From Nitrososphaerota archaeon (GTDB lineage: Archaea > Thermoproteota > Nitrososphaeria_A > Caldarchaeales > Caldarchaeaceae), in NCBI GenBank assembly GCA_041641305.1, contig JBEPYN010000001.1, forward strand, positions 608,001 through 672,000: a DNA stretch of 64,000 nucleotides. The letters are read 5' to 3'. The notes under the pieces were generated by a model that saw only the letters and a list, made by a program, of their open reading frames with translations, searched no databases and was not told the DNA's origin. The first letter of the stretch is position 1; the number at the start of each line of letters is the position of its first letter. Position numbers and translations under genes: made by a program. This document shows, piece by piece, positions 47,213-56,404 of this stretch.

Positions 47213-48253
47213 ATGCCGTACGTAAGAAGAGTCCAGAGAGTTGGCTCGGGCACGCTGACGGTCTCGCTTCCACGAAAATGGGTGGAGAGGTCGGGGCTCA
47301 AGCCAGGTGACCCGGTGTCTATAATCGAGCTGTCCGACGCCGCACTGAAGCTGGAGACCAAGATTGAGCGCACGCCTCAGCACACCGTCTTCACCCTCGA
47401 CGCCTCAAAGATAAGAGACAAAGCTCTTCTAAGCAGGCTTGTGATAGGCGCTTATCTGCAGGGCTTCGAGGAGATAAACATCATCTCAGGTGAAGGGGTA
47501 TCCGAAGAGGTTCAAGCCGCCATAGCCTCGACAATCGATATGCTGCCGGGTGTGGAGATCGTTGAGCAGTCGACGAGAAGGGTTATCATACAGTCTTTCC
47601 TAGACCCCAGCAAGTTCCCGGTCCAGGGCATAATCAAGCGGATGCAGGTTATGCTTACCATGGGGATAAACAACTTGATAGAGGCGCTCAAGGAAGGTAA
47701 GAAGGATGCTTTAAGCGACATCGCAAAGATGGAGACCAAGGTGGATGAGCTCTATTTTCTCTGCATTAGACAGATTTTCTTCAGCGTGAAGAGGGAGGTG
47801 TGGGGTGAGGAGGTCTCAGACCCATACATAGCCGCCATAGGTGACAGGCTTGTGGTCCGCGCCCTCGAAGAAGTCGCTGACTCACTGAAGCTAACAGCTG
47901 CAGAAGTTCAGAAGCTCCTAAACACAAAGCTTTCTCCCTCGATGGTGAACAAGCTCGCCAAACTACTCGAATCCATTCAGGTGCTTTTTGGAAAAACGAT
48001 GAAGGCCTTTCTCTCCCTCGACATCAACCTCGCCAACGAAGTGATTGAGGTCACAACCAAGCAATACGGTGAAGAGATGGCGTTCAACGACATTTTTTCA
48101 CATGGTGTCAACGACTTGGCGACGGCTGTCAGCCTCCGCAACTTTGTGTATAACATCATCAGCATTGCGAGGAACTGTAAAATCATAGCCGAAGTGACGA
48201 TGAACAGGTTTGTGAGAACTCCGTCTAAGCTTGTGACGGTGGAGAGTGTTTAG
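47213..48253 (+). CDS. AbrB-PhoU fusion transcription regulator
   Basis: RRVQRVGSGT..VSLP.KW...LKPGD; G.EIVE; E..VD.LYF; E..AD. Confidence 0.9.
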   Translation: MPYVRRVQRVGSGTLTVSLPRKWVERSGLKPGDPVSIIELSDAALKLETKIERTPQHTVFTLDASKIRDKALLSRLVIGAYLQGFEEINIISGEGVSEEVQAAIASTIDMLPGVEIVEQSTRRVIIQSFLDPSKFPVQGIIKRMQVMLTMGINNLIEALKEGKKDALSDIAKMETKVDELYFLCIRQIFFSVKREVWGEEVSDPYIAAIGDRLVVRALEEVADSLKLTAAEVQKLLNTKLSPSMVNKLAKLLESIQVLFGKTMKAFLSLDINLANEVIEVTTKQYGEEMAFNDIFSHGVNDLATAVSLRNFVYNIISIARNCKIIAEVTMNRFVRTPSKLVTVESV

Positions 48254-49350
48254 GGTCTCTGAGCGAGAAAAGCACCTACCAGCATGGATAGAGTGAAGAA
48301 GAGAAGAACAGCTGGGAAGCCGTAGAAGTCGGCGAGGAAACCGGCTACCACCGGTCCGACGAGAAAACAACTTCCTATCAACGCCTCGAAAACACCTATC
48401 AGAAACACGGAGCTTGAGCTCTCTCCGCCGGAGACGAGGTAGAGGGTGTATACGTATGCGATTGAGACCGTCGCGCCGACGGGAATCATCAGAGGAGTGT
48501 AGGCAGCTGTCGATGGCGGAAGATAGATGAGTGCAAGTGCCCAGAGCGCTGTTACGACACTTAGAGCTGTGAGAAGAATCTTGACAGATGAGGGGTTGAG
48601 GCGTGATAAAAGATAGGACGTAAGAACCCGTGCACCAATCAAGATGAAAAAGAGAAACCCTACATCAAGCTCCGTCAACCCTTGGAGAACCAGGTATCCG
48701 GGCAAAACGGCGTATGTTGAGGCTAGAACTATGAAGTAGGGTGCTGAGTAGATTATTGGTGCGAAGCTTTTGAGTGGCTGTTTGTTGCTGGCGATGGTGA
48801 TCTCTGGTTTCGAGGGGTTTGCTTTGGCGAAAACAGCTGCAGAGGCTGCTGATACAGCCGCAGATATGAGGAAAAGGTTTCGCAGCCCGAGGATGTTTGC
48901 CAACGCGCCTGAGACGAGGGTGCCTACTAGGAAACCCATGCTAACCGCTGAAAGGAAGAGGCTGAATGCGCGAAGCCTCTCACCCTTTGGGAAGCTGTTC
49001 GCGACAATTGATTCGCCGCATGGAAAAAACAGAAACATCGCAACACCCATCACGAGCTGTGAGAAGAAGACCATGTCAAGGCCGTTAGCGAGCCACATCA
49101 ACAAGTTTGAAAGCATCATAAAAAGCGCTGAAAACGGCAGTAGAAGGCTCCACCTTACCCTGAGCAGCACAGACGCCGTAAACACGGAGATGAGGACGTA
49201 GGGAAGGTTTCTGATAAACCCCATCAGAAAACCTACTTCAGTAAAAGATGCCTCAAGTGCTACGGCGAAGATGGGCGCATTCTGCATCATCGCCATGAGA
49301 GCGAAACCCATCAGGAGAGAGCCTGTCCACAGCGCTCTTAGGTTCGGCAA
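48250..49350 (-). CDS. MFS transporter
   Basis: About 12 TMs, GP..AG.LAD..G. Confidence 0.8.
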   Translation of the reverse strand: MPNLRALWTGSLLMGFALMAMMQNAPIFAVALEASFTEVGFLMGFIRNLPYVLISVFTASVLLRVRWSLLLPFSALFMMLSNLLMWLANGLDMVFFSQLVMGVAMFLFFPCGESIVANSFPKGERLRAFSLFLSAVSMGFLVGTLVSGALANILGLRNLFLISAAVSAASAAVFAKANPSKPEITIASNKQPLKSFAPIIYSAPYFIVLASTYAVLPGYLVLQGLTELDVGFLFFILIGARVLTSYLLSRLNPSSVKILLTALSVVTALWALALIYLPPSTAAYTPLMIPVGATVSIAYVYTLYLVSGGESSSSVFLIGVFEALIGSCFLVGPVVAGFLADFYGFPAVLLFFTLSMLVGAFLAQRP

Positions 49351-50472
49351 CTACTGCACCAGCTTCATCTGCTCCATCGACTTGTGACCCAGCCCCGTGA
49401 GAATAACCAAGACTCTTTGCGGCGAAGACACTATCTCATCAAGCCGTTTTCTCACAGCTGCGTAGGCCGCGGCTGAGGAGAGCTCGGCGTAGAAACCCGC
49501 CCAAGCCAGCTGCTTATGTGCCTTGATTATGTCTTCGTCGGAGACAACCTCGACATCGCCGCCGAAAACCTCGAGCATGTCAACCATCTGCCGCAGCCTC
49601 GGAGGATTAGTTTGTGTCAGAGCATCTGCTATGCTTCCCCCAACCAAGTAAGGAGCGGGGTTCTGTTTTTTGTAAGCTGCGTAGAGTGGCGCGTTTAGCT
49701 GAGGCTGGACAGCTACAATTTGGGGGATTTTCTCGATGACACCTGCTTCAACCATGTCTCTGAAGCCTTTGTAGAGGCCGATCAAGAGTGTTCCCGCTGA
49801 AACTGGGAGATATATTATGTCGGGCGGGTTCCAGCCTGTTTGTTCAGCGACTTCGTAGGCGACGGTCTTCATGCCCTCTATGAAGTAGGGGTTCCACGTG
49901 TGCCCGACGTAGATGAGCCCGTTTTTCTCGGCATGTTTTACAGCTTCTTCCTCTACTTTCTGACGAGGGCCATCAACCAGCCTCAGATCGGCTCCATACA
50001 TCCTCACCTGCAGCACCTTCTCACTCACCATCGACCCGCCTCCAAATATTACACAGTTTAGGCCCAAGAACGCGCAGTAAGCTGCCACCGACGCTCCAGC
50101 GTTTCCCGACGAGTCTTCACACACCCCCTGCACGTTTCCCAAAATGTTTCTTAGGCTTGTCATCATAGCTGCTGTTCCACGGTCTTTGAACGAGCCTGTC
50201 GGGTTGAGGTACTCAAGTTTGAAGTAAATGTTTGGGGTTGGCGCTTGGACGAGCGGTGTGTATCCCTCGCCGAGCGTGACAGGGGTTTTGCGCATGCTCG
50301 GGGGGAGAAACTCTCTATACCTCCACATGTTTTTCTCATTTTGCCTGATTTTCGAGACCATGAATTCGCGGCCGTATGCGACGACGCCGGGTCCACCGCA
50401 CCGGCTGCACCTCCACTCGTCAAACGGCTTCAAAACCTCTCCACAGTTGTAGCAGACAATCTGCTCCTCCAA
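49351..50472 (-). CDS. thrC: Threonine synthase-like PLP enzyme
   Basis: N-terminal Zn ribbon, LGEG.TPL, NPTGSFKDRG, SSGNAG, G.KT.AYE, LTG.G.K. Confidence 0.85.
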   Translation of the reverse strand: MEEQIVCYNCGEVLKPFDEWRCSRCGGPGVVAYGREFMVSKIRQNEKNMWRYREFLPPSMRKTPVTLGEGYTPLVQAPTPNIYFKLEYLNPTGSFKDRGTAAMMTSLRNILGNVQGVCEDSSGNAGASVAAYCAFLGLNCVIFGGGSMVSEKVLQVRMYGADLRLVDGPRQKVEEEAVKHAEKNGLIYVGHTWNPYFIEGMKTVAYEVAEQTGWNPPDIIYLPVSAGTLLIGLYKGFRDMVEAGVIEKIPQIVAVQPQLNAPLYAAYKKQNPAPYLVGGSIADALTQTNPPRLRQMVDMLEVFGGDVEVVSDEDIIKAHKQLAWAGFYAELSSAAAYAAVRKRLDEIVSSPQRVLVILTGLGHKSMEQMKLVQ

Positions 50473-50559
50473 CTTATCCCCGGAAAAAGATGTAAACCAT
50501 TATTTTTCCTATTCCATCGCCTGTTTTGGTTTAAATCGCCGTGGGAACGCATCACTTGT

Positions 50560-51636
50560 ATGAAGAGGCCCTCGGCCACACAGTTGGCCGTCGCGGCAGC
50601 AGTTATCTCATGGCTGATAAGCTTCTACATTCATCACCCCCTGGTCGAGGGCAGCATATACAGCGATGTTGCATCGTTCTGGTGGCGTGAGGAAAACCTG
50701 CAGCGTGGAGAGGCTCCATGCATACAGTATTTCTTCGAGTACCCGCCGACGGCCTGCCTCATGATATACGCCTCGCGTCTGCTGGGCGGCGCCTCTCAAA
50801 CAGGATACTATGTTGTGTATTCGCTGCTCAGCTTACCCGCTTTCATAGTCTTAGCAGTTTGCCTGTCGAGGTTAGCTGGGCTGCCCGGCTCTTTTTTCAT
50901 CCTTGCACCGAGCATGGTCGTCTACGGTGTATACAATTTTGACCATTTTTTCACCGCGTTTCTGGCTGCGGCGTTGCTTATGCAGGCCAGGGGTAGATGG
51001 CGTGCAGCTGCGGTGTTGCTTGGCGTAAGTTTCTCGGTCAAGCTTTTCACGGTTCTTCTTCTTCCACTGTTGATGTTGGAGGCCGGTGGCAGGAGAAAGG
51101 CTGCTGCGACTGTGTTGTTTTTCGCGGTTGGAGCTTTACCGACTTGGGTGCCGGTGGTTTTACTTAATCCCGGCTGGCTGTCCGAGTTCATTCGTTTTCA
51201 TTCTTTATGGGGGCTTGAGAATTCATGGCTCGTCTGGCTTTCCAACGACCCCTTCTCGCAGTCCGCCAAACTCGTCGCCTACCTCACAGCCCTCCTGCTC
51301 ATCATCCGCGCCTACACATTAACAGCGTCCTTCGCCGCGAGAGGCTTCCTCACACTCGCAGGTTTTCTGATTGGTTCGCCGACCTTCACACCTCAGATGA
51401 CGCTTTGGCTTCTCCCATTCACAGCCGCTTTCACAAAACTGTGGATATGGCTGCCCCTGTTTGAGTCAGCAAATGTCGCAATCATATTCACATGGTTTCT
51501 AACGGACACTCCTACTCTGCCGTGGACCCCTCCCCAGACGATGGCTCTCCTCCGCGTTACCGCGCTCGCAGCTATGTGGGCAACAGTATATAGAGCGCCC
51601 GCGTTAGCCGACTTTAGGAAAGTGAACAGCAGTTGA
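50560..51636 (+). CDS. GT-C fold membrane glycosyltransferase (GT87/DUF2029-like)
   Basis: YSD, FEYPP, N.D, K, PQ..LW; start set at MKRP (the upstream extension overlaps thrC). Confidence 0.78.
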   Translation: MKRPSATQLAVAAAVISWLISFYIHHPLVEGSIYSDVASFWWREENLQRGEAPCIQYFFEYPPTACLMIYASRLLGGASQTGYYVVYSLLSLPAFIVLAVCLSRLAGLPGSFFILAPSMVVYGVYNFDHFFTAFLAAALLMQARGRWRAAAVLLGVSFSVKLFTVLLLPLLMLEAGGRRKAAATVLFFAVGALPTWVPVVLLNPGWLSEFIRFHSLWGLENSWLVWLSNDPFSQSAKLVAYLTALLLIIRAYTLTASFAARGFLTLAGFLIGSPTFTPQMTLWLLPFTAAFTKLWIWLPLFESANVAIIFTWFLTDTPTLPWTPPQTMALLRVTALAAMWATVYRAPALADFRKVNSS

Positions 51637-52799
51637 TCAACAGAGACAAGCCGCTTCTGTGGACAGCCATTTTTACCTCCATGTTTTCGGCGCAGATGGT
51701 GCTTCCTGTCATCGGTCTCTACGCTGCAATCGAGCTGGGGGCTGACGCGTTGACTGTTGGCGCCATATATGGAACATCTGCTTTGACAGCTTTTGTGTTG
51801 AGGATACCGGCGGCGATGCTAAGCCCGAGAATTGGCACCCGTGAGATAATGGTGTGCGGTATGGCGGCTTCGGCCGCTGGCTCTATTCTTTATGGGTTTG
51901 CCGCGGAGCCTCTGCACATGATCGTGGGAAGTCTTCTTAGAGGCCTTGGGTCGGCTTTCTTCTTCCCAGCGGCTTTGACATCCTTGTATGAAGAGGCTGG
52001 AAACGGTGAAGGAGACCCCAGAAGCCTCGGCTACATGTTAACGGGCCCAGCACTCGGCATGGCCCTCGGCCCAGTATTTGGAGCCGCTTCACTCACCCTT
52101 CTCGGATACCGGCCAACATTCTACACCGCTGGCGCGATATCGGTTGTCGGCCTCGCAGCCATATCCGCCACAAGAATTCATATGCCGGAGGGGCAGACCG
52201 CGTCGCTCAAGTCACTTCTCGAGAAAAGGTTCACGAGCCTTCTCATATCACGGTTTCTCGTCAACTACGTAACAGGCACAATCGCCGCTTTCCTACCCTT
52301 GATGGCGAATCTTCTCCTCGGCTACGACGAGGCCGTGGTATTGCTGTTGTTTACAGCAGCTGCTTTCACAAACCTTTTCTCACGCGTTTTCATGGGCACC
52401 GCAGCCAAGAAACTCGGTGCACAAAATTATGTTGCGTTGGGTTCTTTGACCGTGGCCTTGTCTTCTCTCATGTTTGCTCTGGGCCTCGACATCAGCATCT
52501 GGCTGGGTGCGTTTGTCTACGGCCTTGGTATGGGGATTTTTGTCCTCGGCAGCGTTTACATGACGGGGCTGCTTGTCCCACCTGCTCTGCGGACGATGGG
52601 CTTCGCTTTGATGACGCTTATGATAGACATGGGCAACTCCGTCGGCAACTTTGTTTCAGGTGTGTTGCTGAGTGTGGGAGGGTTTGTGGAGGTTTTCGCC
52701 GTAGCATCTGCGGTTGGTGCGACAGGGCTTTTCGTGGACCTTATGAGCAGACGATGGCCCTTGCCCTATGAAAAACAGAGTCAATCATCCGCTGAGTGA
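51633..52799 (+). CDS. MFS transporter
   Basis: About 12 TMs, G.ALGP..G. Confidence 0.82.
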   Translation: MINRDKPLLWTAIFTSMFSAQMVLPVIGLYAAIELGADALTVGAIYGTSALTAFVLRIPAAMLSPRIGTREIMVCGMAASAAGSILYGFAAEPLHMIVGSLLRGLGSAFFFPAALTSLYEEAGNGEGDPRSLGYMLTGPALGMALGPVFGAASLTLLGYRPTFYTAGAISVVGLAAISATRIHMPEGQTASLKSLLEKRFTSLLISRFLVNYVTGTIAAFLPLMANLLLGYDEAVVLLLFTAAAFTNLFSRVFMGTAAKKLGAQNYVALGSLTVALSSLMFALGLDISIWLGAFVYGLGMGIFVLGSVYMTGLLVPPALRTMGFALMTLMIDMGNSVGNFVSGVLLSVGGFVEVFAVASAVGATGLFVDLMSRRWPLPYEKQSQSSAE

Positions 52800-53436
52800 G
52801 ACGACCTGTGTTCGTGTTCTGTCTCGAGGGATGGTAGGAGGCTATGACCGTGGGCAAGGGCCTGCCGTTGAATGAGCCCTTTAGACGGTATACGGCGCCG
52901 TGGCGGAAACGCGGCATACGTCCTGTGTAGGCGTTCATGCGGCGCATCAGTCGGAAAAACGTCTCAAACGCAATTCTTCCCAAAGCCACAACCACCACAA
53001 CGTTCTCCAGCATTCTCAGCTCTTCGATGAGATAGGGTAAACAGTTCTCCACCTCCTGTTTGGCTGGCTTGTTATCCGGAGGCGCGCAGCGAACAACAGC
53101 GGTTACATAGACATCTTTCAGCACAAGTCCATCATCCCTCGAGACACTTCGGTCCATGTTGGCGAAACCGGCTCTGTGCAGTGCCTTGACTAGGGTGTCG
53201 CCGCTCGAATCACCCGTAAACATTCTACCCGTCCTGTTTCCGCCGTGAGCGGCTGGAGCCAAACCCAGAACAAGCACACGCCCCTTAACATCCCCGAACC
53301 CCGGCAAAGGCTTGGCCCAATAAGCCTGGCCCCTGAAACGCTTGGGCGGGTTCCGTGCAACCGCTTCCCTATACTTTGCAAGCCGTGGACAGAGTTTGCA
53401 GGAGATGATGCGGTAGTTCAGCTCCTCTATGCTCAT
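52741..53436 (-). CDS. udgB: Uracil-DNA glycosylase family 5
   Basis: C..CPRL, GLAPAAHGGNRTGRMFTGD, CAPPDNKP, HPSRQN. Confidence 0.92.
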   Translation of the reverse strand: MSIEELNYRIISCKLCPRLAKYREAVARNPPKRFRGQAYWAKPLPGFGDVKGRVLVLGLAPAAHGGNRTGRMFTGDSSGDTLVKALHRAGFANMDRSVSRDDGLVLKDVYVTAVVRCAPPDNKPAKQEVENCLPYLIEELRMLENVVVVVALGRIAFETFFRLMRRMNAYTGRMPRFRHGAVYRLKGSFNGRPLPTVIASYHPSRQNTNTGRLTQRMIDSVFHRARAIVCS

Positions 53437-54089
53437 CGTCTGCGGCGCAGAATGCCTTCTTCACCCACGAACGGATTATGTTTTTTCTCCCACCCTATCG
53501 TTGTCTCGGGGCCGTGGCCGGGATACACTTTGACATCATCGGGTAGTTTGAAGACTTTTTCGAGGATGGAGTGGGTTAGCTGTTCTGCGCTTCCGCCTGG
53601 GGCGTCTGTGCGGCCCACGCTTCCCATAAACAGGAGGTCGCCGCTGAACAGCATCCCTCCCCCGTAAAAGCAGACGCTTCCCGGCGAATGGCCCGGTGTG
53701 TGGATCACCCTAAGTGTTTCGCCGCCTACCTGTATTGTCTGCCCGTCCTCGAGGTAGCCGTCGGGCGAGGGCGGATCTCCTACATCGATGCCGAGAAACC
53801 TTCTCGTCATCTCCCGCGCCATGGAGAGAACCTCGAGGTCGAGCCGATGTATGTAGAACGGGATTTTCAGGGCTTGCTTAAGGTCGTCAACCGCCATCAC
53901 ATGGTCAAAGTGCCCATGGGTCGCGTAGACGGCGTTAAGCTTCAGCCTTCTCTCCTGCAACGTCTCGAGTATAAGCCATGCATCATCCCCCGCGTCTATG
54001 ACAACCGCCTCACGAGTCCCATCGTCGTAAACTATGTATGAGTTGCTCCTGAGCGGACCTACTTCATGTGCAACGACTCTCAGCGTCAA
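53433..54089 (-). CDS. MBL-fold metallohydrolase (glyoxalase II-like)
   Basis: THGHFDH, TPGHSPG, GD, PGHG. Confidence 0.92.
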   Translation of the reverse strand: MTLRVVAHEVGPLRSNSYIVYDDGTREAVVIDAGDDAWLILETLQERRLKLNAVYATHGHFDHVMAVDDLKQALKIPFYIHRLDLEVLSMAREMTRRFLGIDVGDPPSPDGYLEDGQTIQVGGETLRVIHTPGHSPGSVCFYGGGMLFSGDLLFMGSVGRTDAPGGSAEQLTHSILEKVFKLPDDVKVYPGHGPETTIGWEKKHNPFVGEEGILRRRR

Positions 54090-54179
54090 CCGAGATAGTT
54101 TATGAGATATAGCTCTATATATGTTGAGACGGCGCTTAACTGCTTATATACAGGCGATGAACCGTTATAGCGAGGAGAA

Positions 54180-54413
54180 ATGCCTTCTGCGTTTGTGTTG
54201 ATTAACACAGAGATTGGCGCCGAGGAGGAGGTTGTTAATGAGCTGAAGAAGATTTCCTACATCAAGGAGGCCTATGTCGTCTACGGTGTCTATGACATCG
54301 TGGCTAAGGTTGAGGCGGACACGATGGAGAAGCTTAAGGAAGTCGTTTCATGGAGCATCCGCCGACTTGAAAAGGTGCGGTCCACCCTGACGATGCTCGT
54401 CGTCGGCTCATAA
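54180..54413 (+). CDS. Stand-alone Lrp/AsnC ligand-binding (RAM) domain protein
   Basis: AFVLIN...VYGVYDIVAKV...IR....V..T.T; no HTH. Confidence 0.9.
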   Translation: MPSAFVLINTEIGAEEEVVNELKKISYIKEAYVVYGVYDIVAKVEADTMEKLKEVVSWSIRRLEKVRSTLTMLVVGS

Positions 54414-54418
54414 AAAAA
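54412..54418 (-). terminator. Oligo-T terminator immediately after the proteasome alpha stop
   Basis: T7 on the minus strand directly after TAA. Confidence 0.45.
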
Positions 54419-55105
54419 TTAAGTGGACTTGTTTTTGCCGTTGAGGGTTTCTCTTCTGAAGAAGGGGCTGTCCAGCGAGACGTAGCCAACCTGTATGGTT
54501 GGCTCAGGGTTACCTGTTCTCTCCACAACCGATGTAATCAGGTTCAGGGCTTCGCCGAGGCTCATGTCGGGCCTGTACTCGTTCTCCAACATGTCGATGG
54601 CTTTGTCTGAGTTGACTCCAAGGGCGAAGGCGTCGCCGTTGAAGGCTGTTCCGCTTGGATCCACTTGGTAAAGCTGCACTCCGAGCTTGTCGACACCTGC
54701 TATGATGACCGCCACGCCTTGGGGCCTCACAGGGTAGAGGGTGTAGCCGTGGAAGTAGCCGCTCACCGAGTCCACCAAAGTCCCCACATCTACGGCGGCG
54801 TCGAAGAGCAGCCTATGCCGCTGCGCCTCTATACGCATGTGGTCCACTATTCGGTAAAGGTCGCTGATGTATCCCGAACCCGTTACGCCCACATGGTCGT
54901 CGACGACGAAGACTTTGTCGCTTGGCTTCATCAGTTTACGGGTTGGCTTAACCATGCTCGCGAGCACGGCGTAGCGTGGGAACCGTAGTCCGATGCTTAT
55001 CGCACCCCTCATCACAGCCTCGAGAGCCCGGTCGACGAGCGTCATCCGACCCTCGGGGCCATAGAACATCTGGAAACGCGAAGGATCCATCGCCAATTTA
55101 TCCAC
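54419..55105 (-). CDS. psmA: Divergent 20S proteasome alpha subunit
   Basis: P.GR...V..A.EAV..G, K.F..DDH, G...D, RP.GV....AG.D..G..L...DPSG; start may be TTG 55096 or ATG 55090. Confidence 0.85.
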   Translation of the reverse strand: MDKLAMDPSRFQMFYGPEGRMTLVDRALEAVMRGAISIGLRFPRYAVLASMVKPTRKLMKPSDKVFVVDDHVGVTGSGYISDLYRIVDHMRIEAQRHRLLFDAAVDVGTLVDSVSGYFHGYTLYPVRPQGVAVIIAGVDKLGVQLYQVDPSGTAFNGDAFALGVNSDKAIDMLENEYRPDMSLGEALNLITSVVERTGNPEPTIQVGYVSLDSPFFRRETLNGKNKST

Positions 55106-55661
55106 CTCTCACAGGAATTGCTAAAACGTCTACGCCGTTTCCCGAGCCGGGGTCACGCTGCATAGCCGCTTCAACAGCCTTCACCGCAATAGCTCTTGCC
55201 TCCTCCAGCTTAAGGCCTGGTGAATAGAGGCTCTCTAAGACGCCGTAGGCGACTGGGGACCCGGAGCCTGATGAGACAAACTCTTCAGCCACCATGGAGC
55301 CGCTCATGTCGCTGCTGAACACATGCGGGCCCTCGTCGTCTACCCCAGCCACTATCAGCTCCGCGTAGTATGGTATGTAGCTGCGTAGGCCGCTGTAGAA
55401 GAGGTTGGATATCAGCTTGCTTGACTCGGCGACCGACAACGGGTAGCCGCGTCTCAGGGCGATTAGTTTGCGCTCGGCTCTCACTACGTTGACGAGATAC
55501 ACGGCGTCGGATAATAGGCCTGCGACCGCAATAGCCAGGCTGTCGTCGACTTTCATTATTTTCTGCGTGGTTTTCGAAGCGATGAAGAAGCCTTTGCTCG
55601 CTCTTCTGTCGGATGCAAGGACAACTCCGTCAACCGCTTTCAAACCAACTATTGTTGTCAC
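55098..55661 (-). CDS. psmB: 20S proteasome beta subunit without propeptide
   Basis: (M)TTIVG, ASDRRAS, QKI, AG..SD, SGSGS..AYG.LE, RD.GSG. Confidence 0.95.
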   Translation of the reverse strand: MTTIVGLKAVDGVVLASDRRASKGFFIASKTTQKIMKVDDSLAIAVAGLLSDAVYLVNVVRAERKLIALRRGYPLSVAESSKLISNLFYSGLRSYIPYYAELIVAGVDDEGPHVFSSDMSGSMVAEEFVSSGSGSPVAYGVLESLYSPGLKLEEARAIAVKAVEAAMQRDPGSGNGVDVLAIPVRGG

Positions 55662-55727
55662 GTTTCCTCGGAAGATAATGTGTTTGAGAGATGTTTAGCG
55701 ACTATGTTGCCTCGCAGTTGGTCACGG

Positions 55728-56333
55728 CTACGCCGCTATGCTGAATATTCCTGTTGGCAGGGTTTTGAGGTTGGAGAAGTCGTCTATCAAGGCGAGTTCG
55801 TAGGCTTTGTGTAGTATGGCTAGGGCGGCGCGGACGGCGCGGCGCTCGTTTCGGTTGCTCATGATGGTTAGGCGTCCATTTTTTAGGCGGAGGGTTATCT
55901 GCATTTCTCCGTCCTGGGATATCCAGCGGAGAACCTGTGCATCGTTTTCGACGCTGTAGCCGAGCCACCTCATCTCATCGACCCATCTCCCATGCAGGGC
56001 TGTGACACCGGCTAAAACCAGCCCCATATCCTCAACCCTCGTGTCAACAATCACGTAACCGTCTACATGCCCGTGTTCGCCCACCAGCTTCCGCGCCTTA
56101 CGGCTCAGCCTGTATCCCCTATCCCCTCTATCCACAAGCCCATGTTTCTCAAGCCTCCGAAGGATGCGGGAAAGTTTCTCCTGATGCATGCCAAGAGCCC
56201 TACGCATTCCCGCGAAGCTGACCTCGCCATCGGAGGCCGTTGATAAAGCCTTCAAAACAGCCTCCTCATCCTCCCTGAAGTCAAACCCTCCTTCATGAGC
56301 CATATGAACCCTGTCTTTGTTCGAGGCATCCAT
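55728..56333 (-). CDS. Winged-helix (MarR-like) domain protein with unknown C-terminal domain
   Basis: SFAGMRRALGMHQEKLSRILRRLEKHGLV...GYRL. Confidence 0.75.
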   Translation of the reverse strand: MDASNKDRVHMAHEGGFDFREDEEAVLKALSTASDGEVSFAGMRRALGMHQEKLSRILRRLEKHGLVDRGDRGYRLSRKARKLVGEHGHVDGYVIVDTRVEDMGLVLAGVTALHGRWVDEMRWLGYSVENDAQVLRWISQDGEMQITLRLKNGRLTIMSNRNERRAVRAALAILHKAYELALIDDFSNLKTLPTGIFSIAA

Positions 56334-56404
56334 GTTTTAAGGGTGTTCTCTATACACGTGGCTGGCATGTTCTTAAATTTAGGCAGGCTCTAAAATTTGT
56401 TTGC

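Noticed and set aside
54107-54120. Palindrome ATATAG-CT-CTATAT between the MBL hydrolase and Lrp RAM genes
   Set aside because: It coincides with expected TATA elements of divergent promoters, and the adjacent Lrp protein has no DNA-binding domain.
55098-55112. Proteasome beta ends in VRGG, like ubiquitin LRGG
   Set aside because: The codons coincide with the GAGGTG Shine-Dalgarno of the overlapping alpha gene, which explains the residues.
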